Source: Candidatus Yonathbacteria bacterium RIFCSPLOWO2_01_FULL_43_27 (GTDB taxonomy: Bacteria > Patescibacteriota > Minisyncoccia > Phycocordibacterales > UBA1550). Taken from it: a DNA stretch of 62,280 nt. Numbering within the stretch: position 1 is the stretch's first letter; every line of letters begins with the position of its first letter. Positions 8,119 through 17,119 of this stretch are shown here, piece by piece. The notes beneath the pieces were generated by a model. That model did no database searches. It was not told where the DNA came from and worked only from the letters and a program-made list of their open reading frames with translations. The stretch is taken from NCBI GenBank assembly GCA_001823545.1, contig MHUV01000001.1, positions 37,849 to 100,128 on the forward strand, written 5' to 3'. The position numbers and the translations under genes are program-made.

Positions 8119-9792
8119 TTAGTTTACCACGTTTACGATACGGAGACGAAGCTCACGCGCACCGCGAAACGTGTTGAGCTCCATCACCGCGACGAGATTG
8201 ATAGTATCCCCTGAAGAAATTTTTAAATATTTTTCTTCCGCAAAAAATGAAATTGCTTTCACGCGCGAATTTTCAAAACGGAGCTCGAGGTGCGTGCGCT
8301 CTTTCCCAAATTTTTTTACTTCTGCTATACGCACGGTTTCAAATAAAAATGTTGGCTTCGGATTGCCGACACCGAACGGCGCGAAACGTTCGATGATGCT
8401 CCACGTTGTCATGGTCACGTCACTAAGTGTCAGTGTCGCATCGATCATCTGTGTTTCTATTTTTTTAATTTCGATCTTTGACTGATACACACGCACGAGT
8501 TCGTTTTCGAGATGATGCACGCCATCATGCTCTAGAGAAAATCCTCCTGCACGTGCATGACCACCGATATCAAGAAACATACCGACACGAACGTTGGTCA
8601 TCAACTCCACCACATCACACGCACCATCCGAACGACATGAACCTTTGATTACGCCGTCTTCAGCTCTCCCCCACACAAACACAGGACGTGCATATGCTTC
8701 TGCAAGTGTACCCGCGACGAGACCCGCGAGTCCCGGCATCCACGACGGGTTGCCGATGACAATCACTTCACGAAGAGCGCCGTCGACAATGCGCGCTTCC
8801 AAATGTTTGCGCGCTTCCTTCACCATACTCGCCACGAGCCCCTTGCGTGTTTCATTCAAGTGTACGAGATGCTCTGCGAGTCCTTCTGCTTCTTTCTCAT
8901 CTGTTGTTGCAAGCAATCGAAACGCATCCATCGGAATTCCCATACGACTTGCTGCATTGATGCGTGGCCCGATAGTAAAACCAATATCATCTTCCGTAAG
9001 TGATGTTTGTATGGTTCCTGTTTTTTCTAAAATTTTTTTCAACCCAATGCGTCGTGAGAGACGAAGTACTTTGAGTCCAAAATATGCGAGCGCGCGATTT
9101 TCATTTTGCAAAGGTACCATATCAGCGATCGTCGCCAGACCCGCCATATCGAGAAGCCATTTTTCGTACCCCTCGGAAACACTCCATTTTTCACGTCCGT
9201 GCACAAGGAGCGCGCACACTAGTTTCCACGCGACCCCCGCACCGCAGAGCATCACATCAGGATACGTATCTCCTTGTTGTTTTGGATTCACGATCACATA
9301 TGCTGACGGTAACGTTTCCCCAGGAAGATGGTGATCGGTAATAATGACTTCCATACCGAGCTCGTGTGCACGCGCGACTTCTTGTACTTCGGTGATACCA
9401 CAATCAACCGTAATCAAGAGTTGAGACCCCTGTTCTGCAAGTGTTTCAATAGCGGGGATATTCATACCGTATCCTTCGTTGTGCCGATGTGGAATATATA
9501 CGTGCACATTGTCATACCCAATTTTTTTAAAAAAATCGTGAAGGATGACCGAACCAGGGATACCATCACAATCATAATCACCAAAAATGACAATCTTCTC
9601 CTGTGTTTCCATCGCCTTAAGAATGCGCAGAACAGCGCGTTCCATCCCCTGCATAAGAAAAGGATCGTTCACATCTCGCTCATAACTTGGATTCAAGAAC
9701 CTATCAGCATCATCCTTGGTAGTAATACCGCGGTTCCGGAGAAGTGTTTGTGCGAGTTGTGGATAGTGAGCAAATTCGTCCTTGGTATTCAT
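8119..9792 (-). CDS. recJ: single-stranded-DNA-specific exonuclease RecJ (DHH/DHHA1)
   Basis: IVIFGDYDCDGIPGS, ITVDCG, ITDHH, GGHARAGGFS motifs. Confidence 0.9.
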   Translation of the reverse strand: MNTKDEFAHYPQLAQTLLRNRGITTKDDADRFLNPSYERDVNDPFLMQGMERAVLRILKAMETQEKIVIFGDYDCDGIPGSVILHDFFKKIGYDNVHVYIPHRHNEGYGMNIPAIETLAEQGSQLLITVDCGITEVQEVARAHELGMEVIITDHHLPGETLPSAYVIVNPKQQGDTYPDVMLCGAGVAWKLVCALLVHGREKWSVSEGYEKWLLDMAGLATIADMVPLQNENRALAYFGLKVLRLSRRIGLKKILEKTGTIQTSLTEDDIGFTIGPRINAASRMGIPMDAFRLLATTDEKEAEGLAEHLVHLNETRKGLVASMVKEARKHLEARIVDGALREVIVIGNPSWMPGLAGLVAGTLAEAYARPVFVWGRAEDGVIKGSCRSDGACDVVELMTNVRVGMFLDIGGHARAGGFSLEHDGVHHLENELVRVYQSKIEIKKIETQMIDATLTLSDVTMTTWSIIERFAPFGVGNPKPTFLFETVRIAEVKKFGKERTHLELRFENSRVKAISFFAEEKYLKISSGDTINLVAVMELNTFRGARELRLRIVNVVN

Positions 9793-9881
9793 TGCGGTAT
9801 TTTATCATAAAAGGGCCTTTCAAAACTTCCTTATTTAGCAACACGATAAAGCCCCCACATCTATATCTCTGCTAAAGATAC

Positions 9882-9919
9882 CCTAACGTATAAAATGCTA
9901 TAGCATTCTATACGTTAGG
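9882..9919. promoter_or_regulatory. 38-bp near-perfect palindrome downstream of the PaaX/Cas2-like gene (terminator or operator)
   Basis: cctaacgtataaaatgcta|tagcattctatacgttagg, one mismatch. The core ATGCTATAGCAT is shared with 10551-10606. Confidence 0.6.
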
Positions 9920-9963
9920 ATACAAAACTACTTACTTTTTCGGATTACTTAAATCTTGATATT

Positions 9964-10515
9964 TCACAAAACACCAAAATGACGCTTTATGTTATCAGCC
10001 CCCTCAATGTAAGTCGCTTCAATGTAGATAATATTTTTTCTAACACCAAACATTTCACCAACAAAGTCTATCTCGTCTTTGCATGGATACGGAAAAACAA
10101 ATACCGACTTTTGGATTGGATGCATGCCGATATCTTTGATCTTGAAACTTATCGCATTCCGTACGCGCTTTTTTTGCTCGGGTATATCAAACATCACGAT
10201 GCGCCATTTTCCATCCCATTTCTCCTTACGAGCAAGTTGCATAGTCCCTAATTTATATTCGAGAACTTTCCTCTTCCCTAACTCGGTGATCTCTACGATA
10301 TCTTTCCCATTTTTATTAGTGATACGTACAAGTTTCTTTTTCTGAAGTCGCTGGACTGCTTGTCTAACGCGACAGTGATCACGCCAACCTCGCGAATTAA
10401 AAAGGTTTGCCACTTGTGCCAAGTTTGGTATCGCAATACAACCAATAATAAACCCGCCGAGTGCCAAGCCCTTCAATATCTCTTTCGCTAATTCTCCGTG
10501 TTCATAATTTTTCAT
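9964..10515 (-). CDS. PaaX-like wHTH regulator with Cas2-like ferredoxin-fold domain
   Basis: wHTH-like QAVQRLQKKKLVRITNKNGKDIVEITELGKRKV, followed by WDGKWRIVMFDIPEQKKRVRNAISFKIKDIGMHPIQKSVFVFP (PaaX/Cas2-type motif). Confidence 0.6.
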   Translation of the reverse strand: MKNYEHGELAKEILKGLALGGFIIGCIAIPNLAQVANLFNSRGWRDHCRVRQAVQRLQKKKLVRITNKNGKDIVEITELGKRKVLEYKLGTMQLARKEKWDGKWRIVMFDIPEQKKRVRNAISFKIKDIGMHPIQKSVFVFPYPCKDEIDFVGEMFGVRKNIIYIEATYIEGADNIKRHFGVL

Positions 10516-10550
10516 AATATTTTTAATAACAATTACTCTCGTATTGTCTA

Positions 10551-10606
10551 GTATATACCCCTCACGTAAGATATGCTATAGCATATCTTACGTGAGGGGT
10601 ATATAC
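10551..10606. promoter_or_regulatory. perfect 56-bp palindrome upstream of the PaaX/Cas2-like gene (candidate operator)
   Basis: gtatatacccctcacgtaagatatgcta|tagcatatcttacgtgaggggtatatac, 36 nt upstream of the start at 10515. Confidence 0.6.
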
Positions 10607-10769
10607 ATAAATGACGAGCGGTACTCCCGACACTATTACTCCCTACACTTCTCTAGTATTGTTTCTCAAACTTCAAAACTGGTTCCGGTGGTAATACAAT
10701 AGAGTACTGTCCTTTGCAATTTTCAAAGGAGGGGCTTTGTTGTATTAAATGAGGGTGTATACTATATAT

Positions 10770-11183
10770 ATGAACGACATCTGCCTTTTCTGTAAAATCA
10801 TCGCAAAAGAGATCCCGAGCTCAAAAGTCTACGAGGATGAGAATTGTTATGCATTCCTTGATCTTCATCCTGTAAATATCGGGCATACCCTTCTTGTGCC
10901 AAAAAAACATTCGGCAAATCTTTATGAAATGGACAATGAGACCCTTGCAATACTGGCTCCTGTTATAAAGAAAGTAGCAATTGCAGTAAAAAGCGCCCTT
11001 AATGCCGATGGTATTAATATAGAAATGAATAATGACCCTATTGCAGGGCAGATCATTTTCCATTCTCACATACACATTGTCCCCCGTTTTGAAGGCGATG
11101 GGTTCCGCCACTGGCGTGGTGCGCGCGACTACCGCGAAGGAGAAATGAACGAAGTAGCACAGAAGATTTCTTCAACAATATAG
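10770..11183 (+). CDS. HIT-family (histidine triad) nucleotide hydrolase
   Basis: CLFCKII...HPVNIGHTLLVPKKH...HSHIHIVPR. ATG at 10770 lies 6 nt after a TATACT box. Confidence 0.85.
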   Translation: MNDICLFCKIIAKEIPSSKVYEDENCYAFLDLHPVNIGHTLLVPKKHSANLYEMDNETLAILAPVIKKVAIAVKSALNADGINIEMNNDPIAGQIIFHSHIHIVPRFEGDGFRHWRGARDYREGEMNEVAQKISSTI

Positions 11184-11186
11184 TAC

Positions 11187-11220
11187 CAACAAAAAAGCGC
11201 CGATTGGCGCTTTTTTGTTG
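11187..11220. terminator. bidirectional terminator
   Basis: caacaaaaaagcgcc-gat-tggcgcttttttgttg between convergent genes. Confidence 0.8.
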
Positions 11221-11234
11221 GTATTTTTTTAAAT

Positions 11235-12083
11235 TTACTTACAACAAGCCATCAAATTAAGTGTTGCCATAGGAGAAGCAAGGACACAGGTACTATCACC
11301 AGCTACCCTGTTCCCCACCGCACACATATCATGAGCATGAGAACCAACATAAAGACCTAAAGAATTCCCCGTAAAACCAGCTGGGCATGCGCCACCTGCG
11401 CGCAAAATACAATAATTACCAGCGGGCCATGGTGCCGCTGTTGTTTGTACTGTCCCATCAGCAAACTTAATTCCACTCGTGCCTCCAGGCCCCGCCTTAG
11501 TTTCTATAACTCCTCCTACCGTCAAAGCCTCAGTCGGTGATGAGGTATTAATGCCGACCGTACCATCCCAGTCCACGACAAAACGATCTACGAGAGTTCC
11601 TTCAGTTCCTGGATCAAACCCTCCATTACTTTTTGTTGCAATTCTAAAATCCGTATCACCAGTAGTTCCTTCTGTCGAAATAGTTGCTTCAGCAGAAAGA
11701 AGACCGTTCGTGAAGGCAATATTCGAGCTTGCCCAGTTAGTGTTTCCTACCGCAAGATCAGGGATCGTATTTGGATCATATTGATTTTCAACGGTAAGTT
11801 TTGCCCACGGAGATTCTGTCCCAATCCCCACAAGACCAGTGACTGTTGCAAATGTTGCTTTACCAAAAGCTTCAATACCCGAGACACCATCAACCCTTGA
11901 AAGAACGAGCGTTCCTTCTTTTCCTTGCATAGTAGAACCAGTACTAAGCGGTGCTGTTGAATTACCACCTGTCGGCGCAACCGTTGGCTCTGTCCATGCA
12001 TAAACGAGAGAAATTCCAAAAGAAAGAATGATTGCGAGTGAAATGATTTTTGCCGTTTGCGTAATACCTTTTAAATTGGTCAT
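11235..12083 (-). CDS. secreted/anchored hypothetical protein with AWTxPT..P..GN leader module and Cys-rich C-terminus
   Basis: Start taken at MTNLKGITQTAKIISLAIILSFGISLVYAWTEPTVAPTGGNSTAPL. The N-terminal module is shared with 22622..23440. Confidence 0.6.
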   Translation of the reverse strand: MTNLKGITQTAKIISLAIILSFGISLVYAWTEPTVAPTGGNSTAPLSTGSTMQGKEGTLVLSRVDGVSGIEAFGKATFATVTGLVGIGTESPWAKLTVENQYDPNTIPDLAVGNTNWASSNIAFTNGLLSAEATISTEGTTGDTDFRIATKSNGGFDPGTEGTLVDRFVVDWDGTVGINTSSPTEALTVGGVIETKAGPGGTSGIKFADGTVQTTAAPWPAGNYCILRAGGACPAGFTGNSLGLYVGSHAHDMCAVGNRVAGDSTCVLASPMATLNLMACCK

Positions 12084-12165
12084 TGGGTTGTAGATAATAT
12101 AATAATTAATATGTAAAACGTACTTCAAATATTATACCATGAACACAAACAAGGAAGTCAACATT

Positions 12166-12870
12166 TTATTCCACCAAGGCAAGAGTGAGCGCAACCACCG
12201 CTGCGGTTTCTGCACGAAGAATTGTCTTCCCTGTACAAACAATAGAAATATTATGCTCGCTAAAAACCAAAATCTCTTCCTCGGTAAAACCACCCTCTGG
12301 GCCAATAATAATTCCCAGTTTTTCCAAGGTCCGATCTTGGATATCACGAGCTGATAGCGTGCCTCGAGGATCAAAGGCAATAAGTGGTACATGATTTTTT
12401 TTTACAGCATCGAACAAACGAACCTCGTCATCAAGCACCGGAACTGTCGTGCGTCCTGATTGCTCGGTCGCCTCGCGAAGAATTTTTTCTGAACGCTCAC
12501 GATTCATCCCTTTCTTTTCACTGCGTGCTGTTTGAATAGGCACAATACGCGAAACGCCAAGCTCGGTTGCTTTTTGTAGCACGAGTTCAAAATTATCTCG
12601 TTTAATGAGCGCCATAAAGAGTATGATTTCGCGCGTGGGAACGATACCTTTGCGATACTCAACAACGGAAAGCATTGCAGACTTTTTCTCAAGCTGATCA
12701 ATCGTACACACCGCTTCCTCTCCCCTTCCGTCAAACGCAACAAGCGTGTCGCCCACATCCATACGAAGCACCTTACGCCATTGGTTTAAAAGATTTTCAT
12801 CAGTCACCGTAAAATCGCCCGACGACGGCACGGGGGTAGGTATAAAAAATCGATGAAGACGCATATGCAT
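12166..12870 (-). CDS. rsmE: 16S rRNA (uracil1498-N3)-methyltransferase RsmE
   Basis: MHMRLHRFFIP N-terminus and IIIGPEGGFTEEE C-terminal SPOUT motif. The listed ORF extends upstream into a hairpin and was trimmed. Confidence 0.8.
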   Translation of the reverse strand: MHMRLHRFFIPTPVPSSGDFTVTDENLLNQWRKVLRMDVGDTLVAFDGRGEEAVCTIDQLEKKSAMLSVVEYRKGIVPTREIILFMALIKRDNFELVLQKATELGVSRIVPIQTARSEKKGMNRERSEKILREATEQSGRTTVPVLDDEVRLFDAVKKNHVPLIAFDPRGTLSARDIQDRTLEKLGIIIGPEGGFTEEEILVFSEHNISIVCTGKTILRAETAAVVALTLALVE

Positions 12871-12906
12871 TATTATAGTATACACAAAAACTCTAATTTT
12901 CAATTT

Positions 12907-12951
12907 CGCCAAGCCCCGCCCTTGGCAACTTGCCAAGGGCGGGGCTTGGCG
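12907..12951. repeat. perfect 21-bp-stem, 3-nt-loop GC-rich hairpin in the rsmE/clpP divergent region
   Basis: cgccaagccccgcccttggca-act-tgccaagggcggggcttggcg. Confidence 0.8.
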
Positions 12952-13019
12952 AGGGCACCATTAGAAATCACGTTCCTAGAAATTTTTACAAATACAAAAG
13001 TTCGTGGTAGTATACATTT

Positions 13020-13613
13020 ATGTCATATTTAATTCCTACCGTTATTGAAAAATCGCCTCTTGGCGAACGTGCGTACGATATTTATTCACGCCTTTTAAGA
13101 GAGCGCATTGTGTTCCTCACGGGCCCTATTGATGATGGCGTTGCCAATATTACTATTGCACAATTTCTCTTCCTTGAAGCAGAGGATCCTAAAAAAGATA
13201 TTTACCTCTACATCAACTCCCCAGGAGGATCAGTAACCGCAGGACTTGCTCTTTACGACACTATGCAACACATCAAGCCCGATGTTTCTACTATTTGCGT
13301 AGGTATCGCAGCATCGATGGCTGCAGTACTCCTTTCTGCTGGTGCAAAAGGAAAACGCTTCATCCTCCCTAACGCAGAAGTAATGATCCACCAACCGCTT
13401 GGAGGAACCGAGGGTCAGGCATCCGATATTGCAATCACTGCAAAGCACATTTTGAAAACGCGCGAAAACCTCAACAAAATTCTTGCAAAAAACACAGGTA
13501 ACCCACTTCCGCAAGTAGAAAAGGATACTGATCGTGATTTTTATATGTCTTCTGACGAAGCAAAGAAATACGGGATCGTGGACGAAATCTACAAACCAAA
13601 GAATCCAAGATAG
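13020..13613 (+). CDS. clpP: ATP-dependent Clp protease proteolytic subunit
   Basis: [26 protein letters not shown]...INSPGGSV...GIAASMAA...MIHQPLGG. Confidence 0.95.
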   Translation: MSYLIPTVIEKSPLGERAYDIYSRLLRERIVFLTGPIDDGVANITIAQFLFLEAEDPKKDIYLYINSPGGSVTAGLALYDTMQHIKPDVSTICVGIAASMAAVLLSAGAKGKRFILPNAEVMIHQPLGGTEGQASDIAITAKHILKTRENLNKILAKNTGNPLPQVEKDTDRDFYMSSDEAKKYGIVDEIYKPKNPR

Positions 13614-13631
13614 CGCATAAAAAATACATCG

Positions 13632-13670
13632 TGCACAAAAAAGTCGGGTCCCTACCCGACTTTTTTGTGC
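13632..13670 (+). terminator. intrinsic terminator after clpP
   Basis: gcacaaaaaagtcgggt / acccgacttttttgtgc. Confidence 0.8.
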
Positions 13671-13871
13671 ACTGGACATTTCACCAAAACAAAGGTAGTA
13701 TTAAAGTGTTCTTCTTATATATTAAATTTGAAATTTTACCAGACCATTAGCCTCCCGTGACACCCTAAAAATGTTATTTTAAGCACGCATGAATACACAG
13801 AAATATCTAACCCACACAACGACAGAAACGAATAAGAAGTAATATTTTCAAGGGGAAATGGGCACGTAGTT

Positions 13872-15404
13872 ATGAACATCAATATTGCACTCACGCTTGG
13901 TGGCGTAGTGGCAATCCTTATCGGGGTAACCATTGGATACTTTTTGCGACTCTTTGTCGCTATCGGCAAAAAGGGTTCCGCAGAACTTGAAACAAAACAG
14001 ATCCTCCTTACCGCCAAAGAAGAAGCGCAAAGGATTACCGAAGAAAGCGATAGAAAAGCCGAGGTGCGCGAAGCAGAGTTACGAAAAGAGGAGAAGGAAT
14101 TTGAAGACCAATACAAAAAAACAACAGACCGTCTTGCAAAGAAAGAAGAATTTCTCGACAAGCGCCAAACAGAAATAGACAAAGACGCAGAACACGTCAA
14201 AGGAAAAGTAGAGGAGATAAAAAATATTAGGGAGCGAACACAGAGGGAAAAAGAGCTCGCCATTCGCGAACTTGAGCGCGTTGCGAGCCTCACCATCGAG
14301 GATGCGCGTGAAGAAATACTGAAAAGTGTTGCAAAACGTTATGAGGACGATTTTTTGACGCGCGCCAAGAAACTCGAACTTGATGGAGAAAAACGCCTTA
14401 CCCGTATGGCGCAGGACATTCTCGCATCCACTATTCAGCGCCTCGCAACATCGAGCGTATCGGAAATGATGTCGACGACGGTTCCCATCCCCTCAGATGA
14501 GATCAAAGGGAAAATTATCGGCAAGGAAGGGCGCAATATTCGCGCATTTGAGCGCGCATCGGGAGTTGAGATACTCGTAGACGACACGCCGGGCTCTATC
14601 CTCATTTCCTCATTTGATCCTATTCGTCGACAGATAGCTCGTGTTGCCCTCGAAGCACTCATTCTTGATGGACGCATTCAACCTGCAAAGATCGAGGAAA
14701 CGGTAGACAAAGCTCGTGAAGAGGTTAATACAATACTCAAAGAAAAAGGCGAACAGGCGGTATACGAGTGTGGCATCATCAACCTTGATCCACGCGTAAT
14801 AGCAATTCTTGGACGTCTCTGCTTCCGTACGAGTTATGGACAAAATGTGCTTCAGCACTCTATTGAGATGGCACATATCGCAGGAATGCTCGCCGAAGAA
14901 CTTGGTGCCGATGTCTCTATTGCAAAAGCGGGGGCACTCCTTCACGACATTGGTAAAGCAATCGATCATGAAGTACAGGGAACACATGTGGAAATTGGGC
15001 GTCGTATCCTTCAAAAATTCAATGTTGACGAGCGCATCATTAAGGCAATGCAAGCGCATCACGGAGAACATCCTTATGAAACGCTTGAATCCATCATCGT
15101 ACAGACAGCAGATGCTATATCAGGTGGTCGCCCCGGCGCACGCCATGATTCAGTAGAAAATTATATAAAACGCCTTGAAAACCTTGAGGCAATTGCAAAA
15201 TCCTTCCCTTCTGTTGAAAAATCCTACGCAATCCAAGCAGGTCGCGAACTCCGCGTCTTTGTAAAACCAGAAGAAATAACCGATATGGAAGCAAAAAACC
15301 TTGCACGAGAAATAGCTACCCGCATCGAAGAAGAGCTCAAATACCCAGGTGAAATAAAAGTTGCCGTCATCCGAGAATCCCGCGCAATCGAATACGCACG
15401 ATAA
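13872..15404 (+). CDS. rny: ribonuclease Y (TM anchor, coiled coil, KH, HD)
   Basis: N-terminal TM, Lys/Glu-rich coiled coil, KH motif GKIIGKEGRNIRAFE, HD motif LLHDIGKA. Confidence 0.95.
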   Translation: MNINIALTLGGVVAILIGVTIGYFLRLFVAIGKKGSAELETKQILLTAKEEAQRITEESDRKAEVREAELRKEEKEFEDQYKKTTDRLAKKEEFLDKRQTEIDKDAEHVKGKVEEIKNIRERTQREKELAIRELERVASLTIEDAREEILKSVAKRYEDDFLTRAKKLELDGEKRLTRMAQDILASTIQRLATSSVSEMMSTTVPIPSDEIKGKIIGKEGRNIRAFERASGVEILVDDTPGSILISSFDPIRRQIARVALEALILDGRIQPAKIEETVDKAREEVNTILKEKGEQAVYECGIINLDPRVIAILGRLCFRTSYGQNVLQHSIEMAHIAGMLAEELGADVSIAKAGALLHDIGKAIDHEVQGTHVEIGRRILQKFNVDERIIKAMQAHHGEHPYETLESIIVQTADAISGGRPGARHDSVENYIKRLENLEAIAKSFPSVEKSYAIQAGRELRVFVKPEEITDMEAKNLAREIATRIEEELKYPGEIKVAVIRESRAIEYAR

Positions 15405-15479
15405 ATTTTCCAAGGGTACACCTTGGAAAATTTGAGCGTTGTGATGTAAAAAAAAAGGGGGGGGTTATGGAAACAGTAA

Positions 15480-15512
15480 AGAAAAAAGGCCCGAACGTGA
15501 AGTTCGGGCCTT
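15480..15512 (-). terminator. intrinsic terminator of cassette 1
   Basis: ggcccgaac-gtga-agttcgggcc, with a T-run on the minus strand. Confidence 0.8.
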
Positions 15513-15539
15513 TGTGGTATGAGGTTACATTATCATACC

Positions 15540-16028
15540 TTAGTCAGGTCCCGGGCCACCTAATGGTGGATTGACGGGACCGCCTGCATTGAGCGCCATG
15601 GGGACACTGACTATCTCGCGATCTTCAGAAACAAAGAAGGTCTCTCCCTTATTGTCAGTTGTGACGATTGTGTTCATAGGCAAAAGATACGTTTTCTTGC
15701 CTACTCGTTCGACCTTATACCCTTTCATCGGGTACTCAGCGAGAACGTCCGCCTTTTCCTTGTTTCCGTCGAGGTCGACGGCGTAGACAAGGGTTCCAAC
15801 ATTTGGAACCAAAGTTGTAGCTACTATTTCATAGTTACTACCCTCTCCTACGATCCTTGATTCAAGGACACCTACTGCCTTACCGTGACCGACTAACCAA
15901 GTTAAGATGAGACTTGCAAAGAAAAAGACACATCCTTTCAAAATCCTACCACTTCCTGAATTAATCGGCCCCGAGAGCGATACGATTATAAGAACTACTG
16001 CTATAACAACTAAATAAGCGAACGGCAT
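15540..16028 (-). CDS. two-TM protein, tandem paralog family member 1
   Basis: Shared motif GTLVYAVDLDGNKEKADVLAEYPMKGYKVERVGKKTYLLP. Confidence 0.7.
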   Translation of the reverse strand: MPFAYLVVIAVVLIIVSLSGPINSGSGRILKGCVFFFASLILTWLVGHGKAVGVLESRIVGEGSNYEIVATTLVPNVGTLVYAVDLDGNKEKADVLAEYPMKGYKVERVGKKTYLLPMNTIVTTDNKGETFFVSEDREIVSVPMALNAGGPVNPPLGGPGPD

Positions 16029-16071
16029 ACCTAAACCTCCTTAAGTTTGTTTTCAATTAAACTCTACATAT

Positions 16072-16100
16072 AGTATAGCATATTCGGTATATTTTGTCAA
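16072..16100 (-). promoter_or_regulatory. consensus promoter TTGACA-17-TATACT (cassette 1)
   Basis: Plus strand: tgtcaa at 16095-16100, agtata at 16072-16077. AAGGAGG SD at 16037-16043. Confidence 0.75.
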
Positions 16101-16221
16101 TATTTTTACACTATACAAAAAATTTTTCACTCCGCGAAGGACTGTCCTTCACGGAGTCAGGAACCGTCCTTGGGAAAAATTTGAGTGTTGTGTTGTAAGG
16201 ATTTATAGATATAGTGATAAT

Positions 16222-16254
16222 GAAAAAAGGCCCGAACATGAAGTTCGGGCCTTT
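16222..16254 (-). terminator. intrinsic terminator of cassette 2
   Basis: ggcccgaac-atga-agttcgggcc plus T-run. Confidence 0.8.
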
Positions 16255-16265
16255 GTGGTGCGAGA

Positions 16266-16913
16266 TTATTTTTTCGAATTGAATGGTACGAGGACCGTTA
16301 ACGTCCTCTCCTGCCCGTATGTAGCAACGAGTAGAGCCTTTTCCTCGCCCTCGCCTGGGATCTCATCTTCAGGGAAAGACACCGGGGGTTCGACCCCAAC
16401 CCAGAACTGTGTGAGCTGGATCTCTGTTTGACTGAAAGGAGGGCGTATCATCATCCTCTTTACTTCAAGACTATTTGACGCAATGGGTGCAGTGACGGCT
16501 TCTCCTTCTCCAGAGACAAAGACGATTACCTCATCCTCTTCATACGCTACGCGTGTATCCTCAGGAAGAAGGAATGTTCTTCCTCCTATCTTCTGAACTT
16601 TGTACCCTTTCATGGGGTACTCAGCCAGAATGTCTGCTTTCCCTTTATCCCCGTCGAGGTCGACGGCATAGACGAGAGTTCCCTCTTTTGGAATTGAGGT
16701 AGTGGTTACTACCTCATAGTAGTTACCTCCTCCTGAGATCTTTGATTCATTAACACCTGTATAGTTAGCCCAGAGGACCAACACGATTACAAAGCCGCTT
16801 GCCAGCATAAAAACGACGTGCCTTCCCGTAGTTTTACCACTTTTCCCTTCCAGATAACCAACGAAGTTGATTACCAGCAAAGCAGCAAATACGAAAATTA
16901 CCAATATCCACAT
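16266..16913 (-). CDS. two-TM protein, tandem paralog family member 2 (longer C-terminus)
   Basis: GTLVYAVDLDGDKGKADILAEYPMKGYKVQKIGGRTFLLP. Confidence 0.7.
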   Translation of the reverse strand: MWILVIFVFAALLVINFVGYLEGKSGKTTGRHVVFMLASGFVIVLVLWANYTGVNESKISGGGNYYEVVTTTSIPKEGTLVYAVDLDGDKGKADILAEYPMKGYKVQKIGGRTFLLPEDTRVAYEEDEVIVFVSGEGEAVTAPIASNSLEVKRMMIRPPFSQTEIQLTQFWVGVEPPVSFPEDEIPGEGEEKALLVATYGQERTLTVLVPFNSKK

Positions 16914-16961
16914 ACCAAAACCTCCTTAAGATTTTTTTGTTTTCAATTAAACTCTATATAT

Positions 16962-16990
16962 AGTAGAGCATATTCGGTATATTTTGTCAA
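16962..16990 (-). promoter_or_regulatory. promoter TTGACA-17-TCTACT (cassette 2)
   Basis: tgtcaa at 16985-16990, agtaga at 16962-16967, SD cctcctt at 16921-16927. Confidence 0.7.
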
Positions 16991-17059
16991 TATTTTAAAA
17001 ACTGGGAGAAATCATTACCACGTACGATTCAATTCTTCCAAGGGGTCCCCTTGGAAATG

Positions 17060-17091
17060 AAAAAAGGCCCGAACATGAAGTTCGGGCCTTT
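17060..17091 (-). terminator. intrinsic terminator of cassette 3
   Basis: ggcccgaac-atga-agttcgggcc plus T-run. Confidence 0.8.
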
Positions 17092-17119
17092 ATGGTGCGA
17101 GATTCTGAATACTGAATAC

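Noticed and set aside
13736-14296. 186-aa Ser-rich ORF antisense to rny
   Set aside because: It is the mirror image of the Lys/Glu-rich coiled-coil region of RNase Y. It is low complexity and has no start signals.
15468-17110. Conserved plus-strand peptide M(E)KKGPN(V/M)KFGPLW(Y/C)E seen in three intercassette spacers (for example ORF 17051..17335)
   Set aside because: The conservation comes from the GGCCCGAAC-NTGA-AGTTCGGGCC terminator hairpin of the minus-strand cassettes. The fourth copy keeps the pairing but not the peptide.
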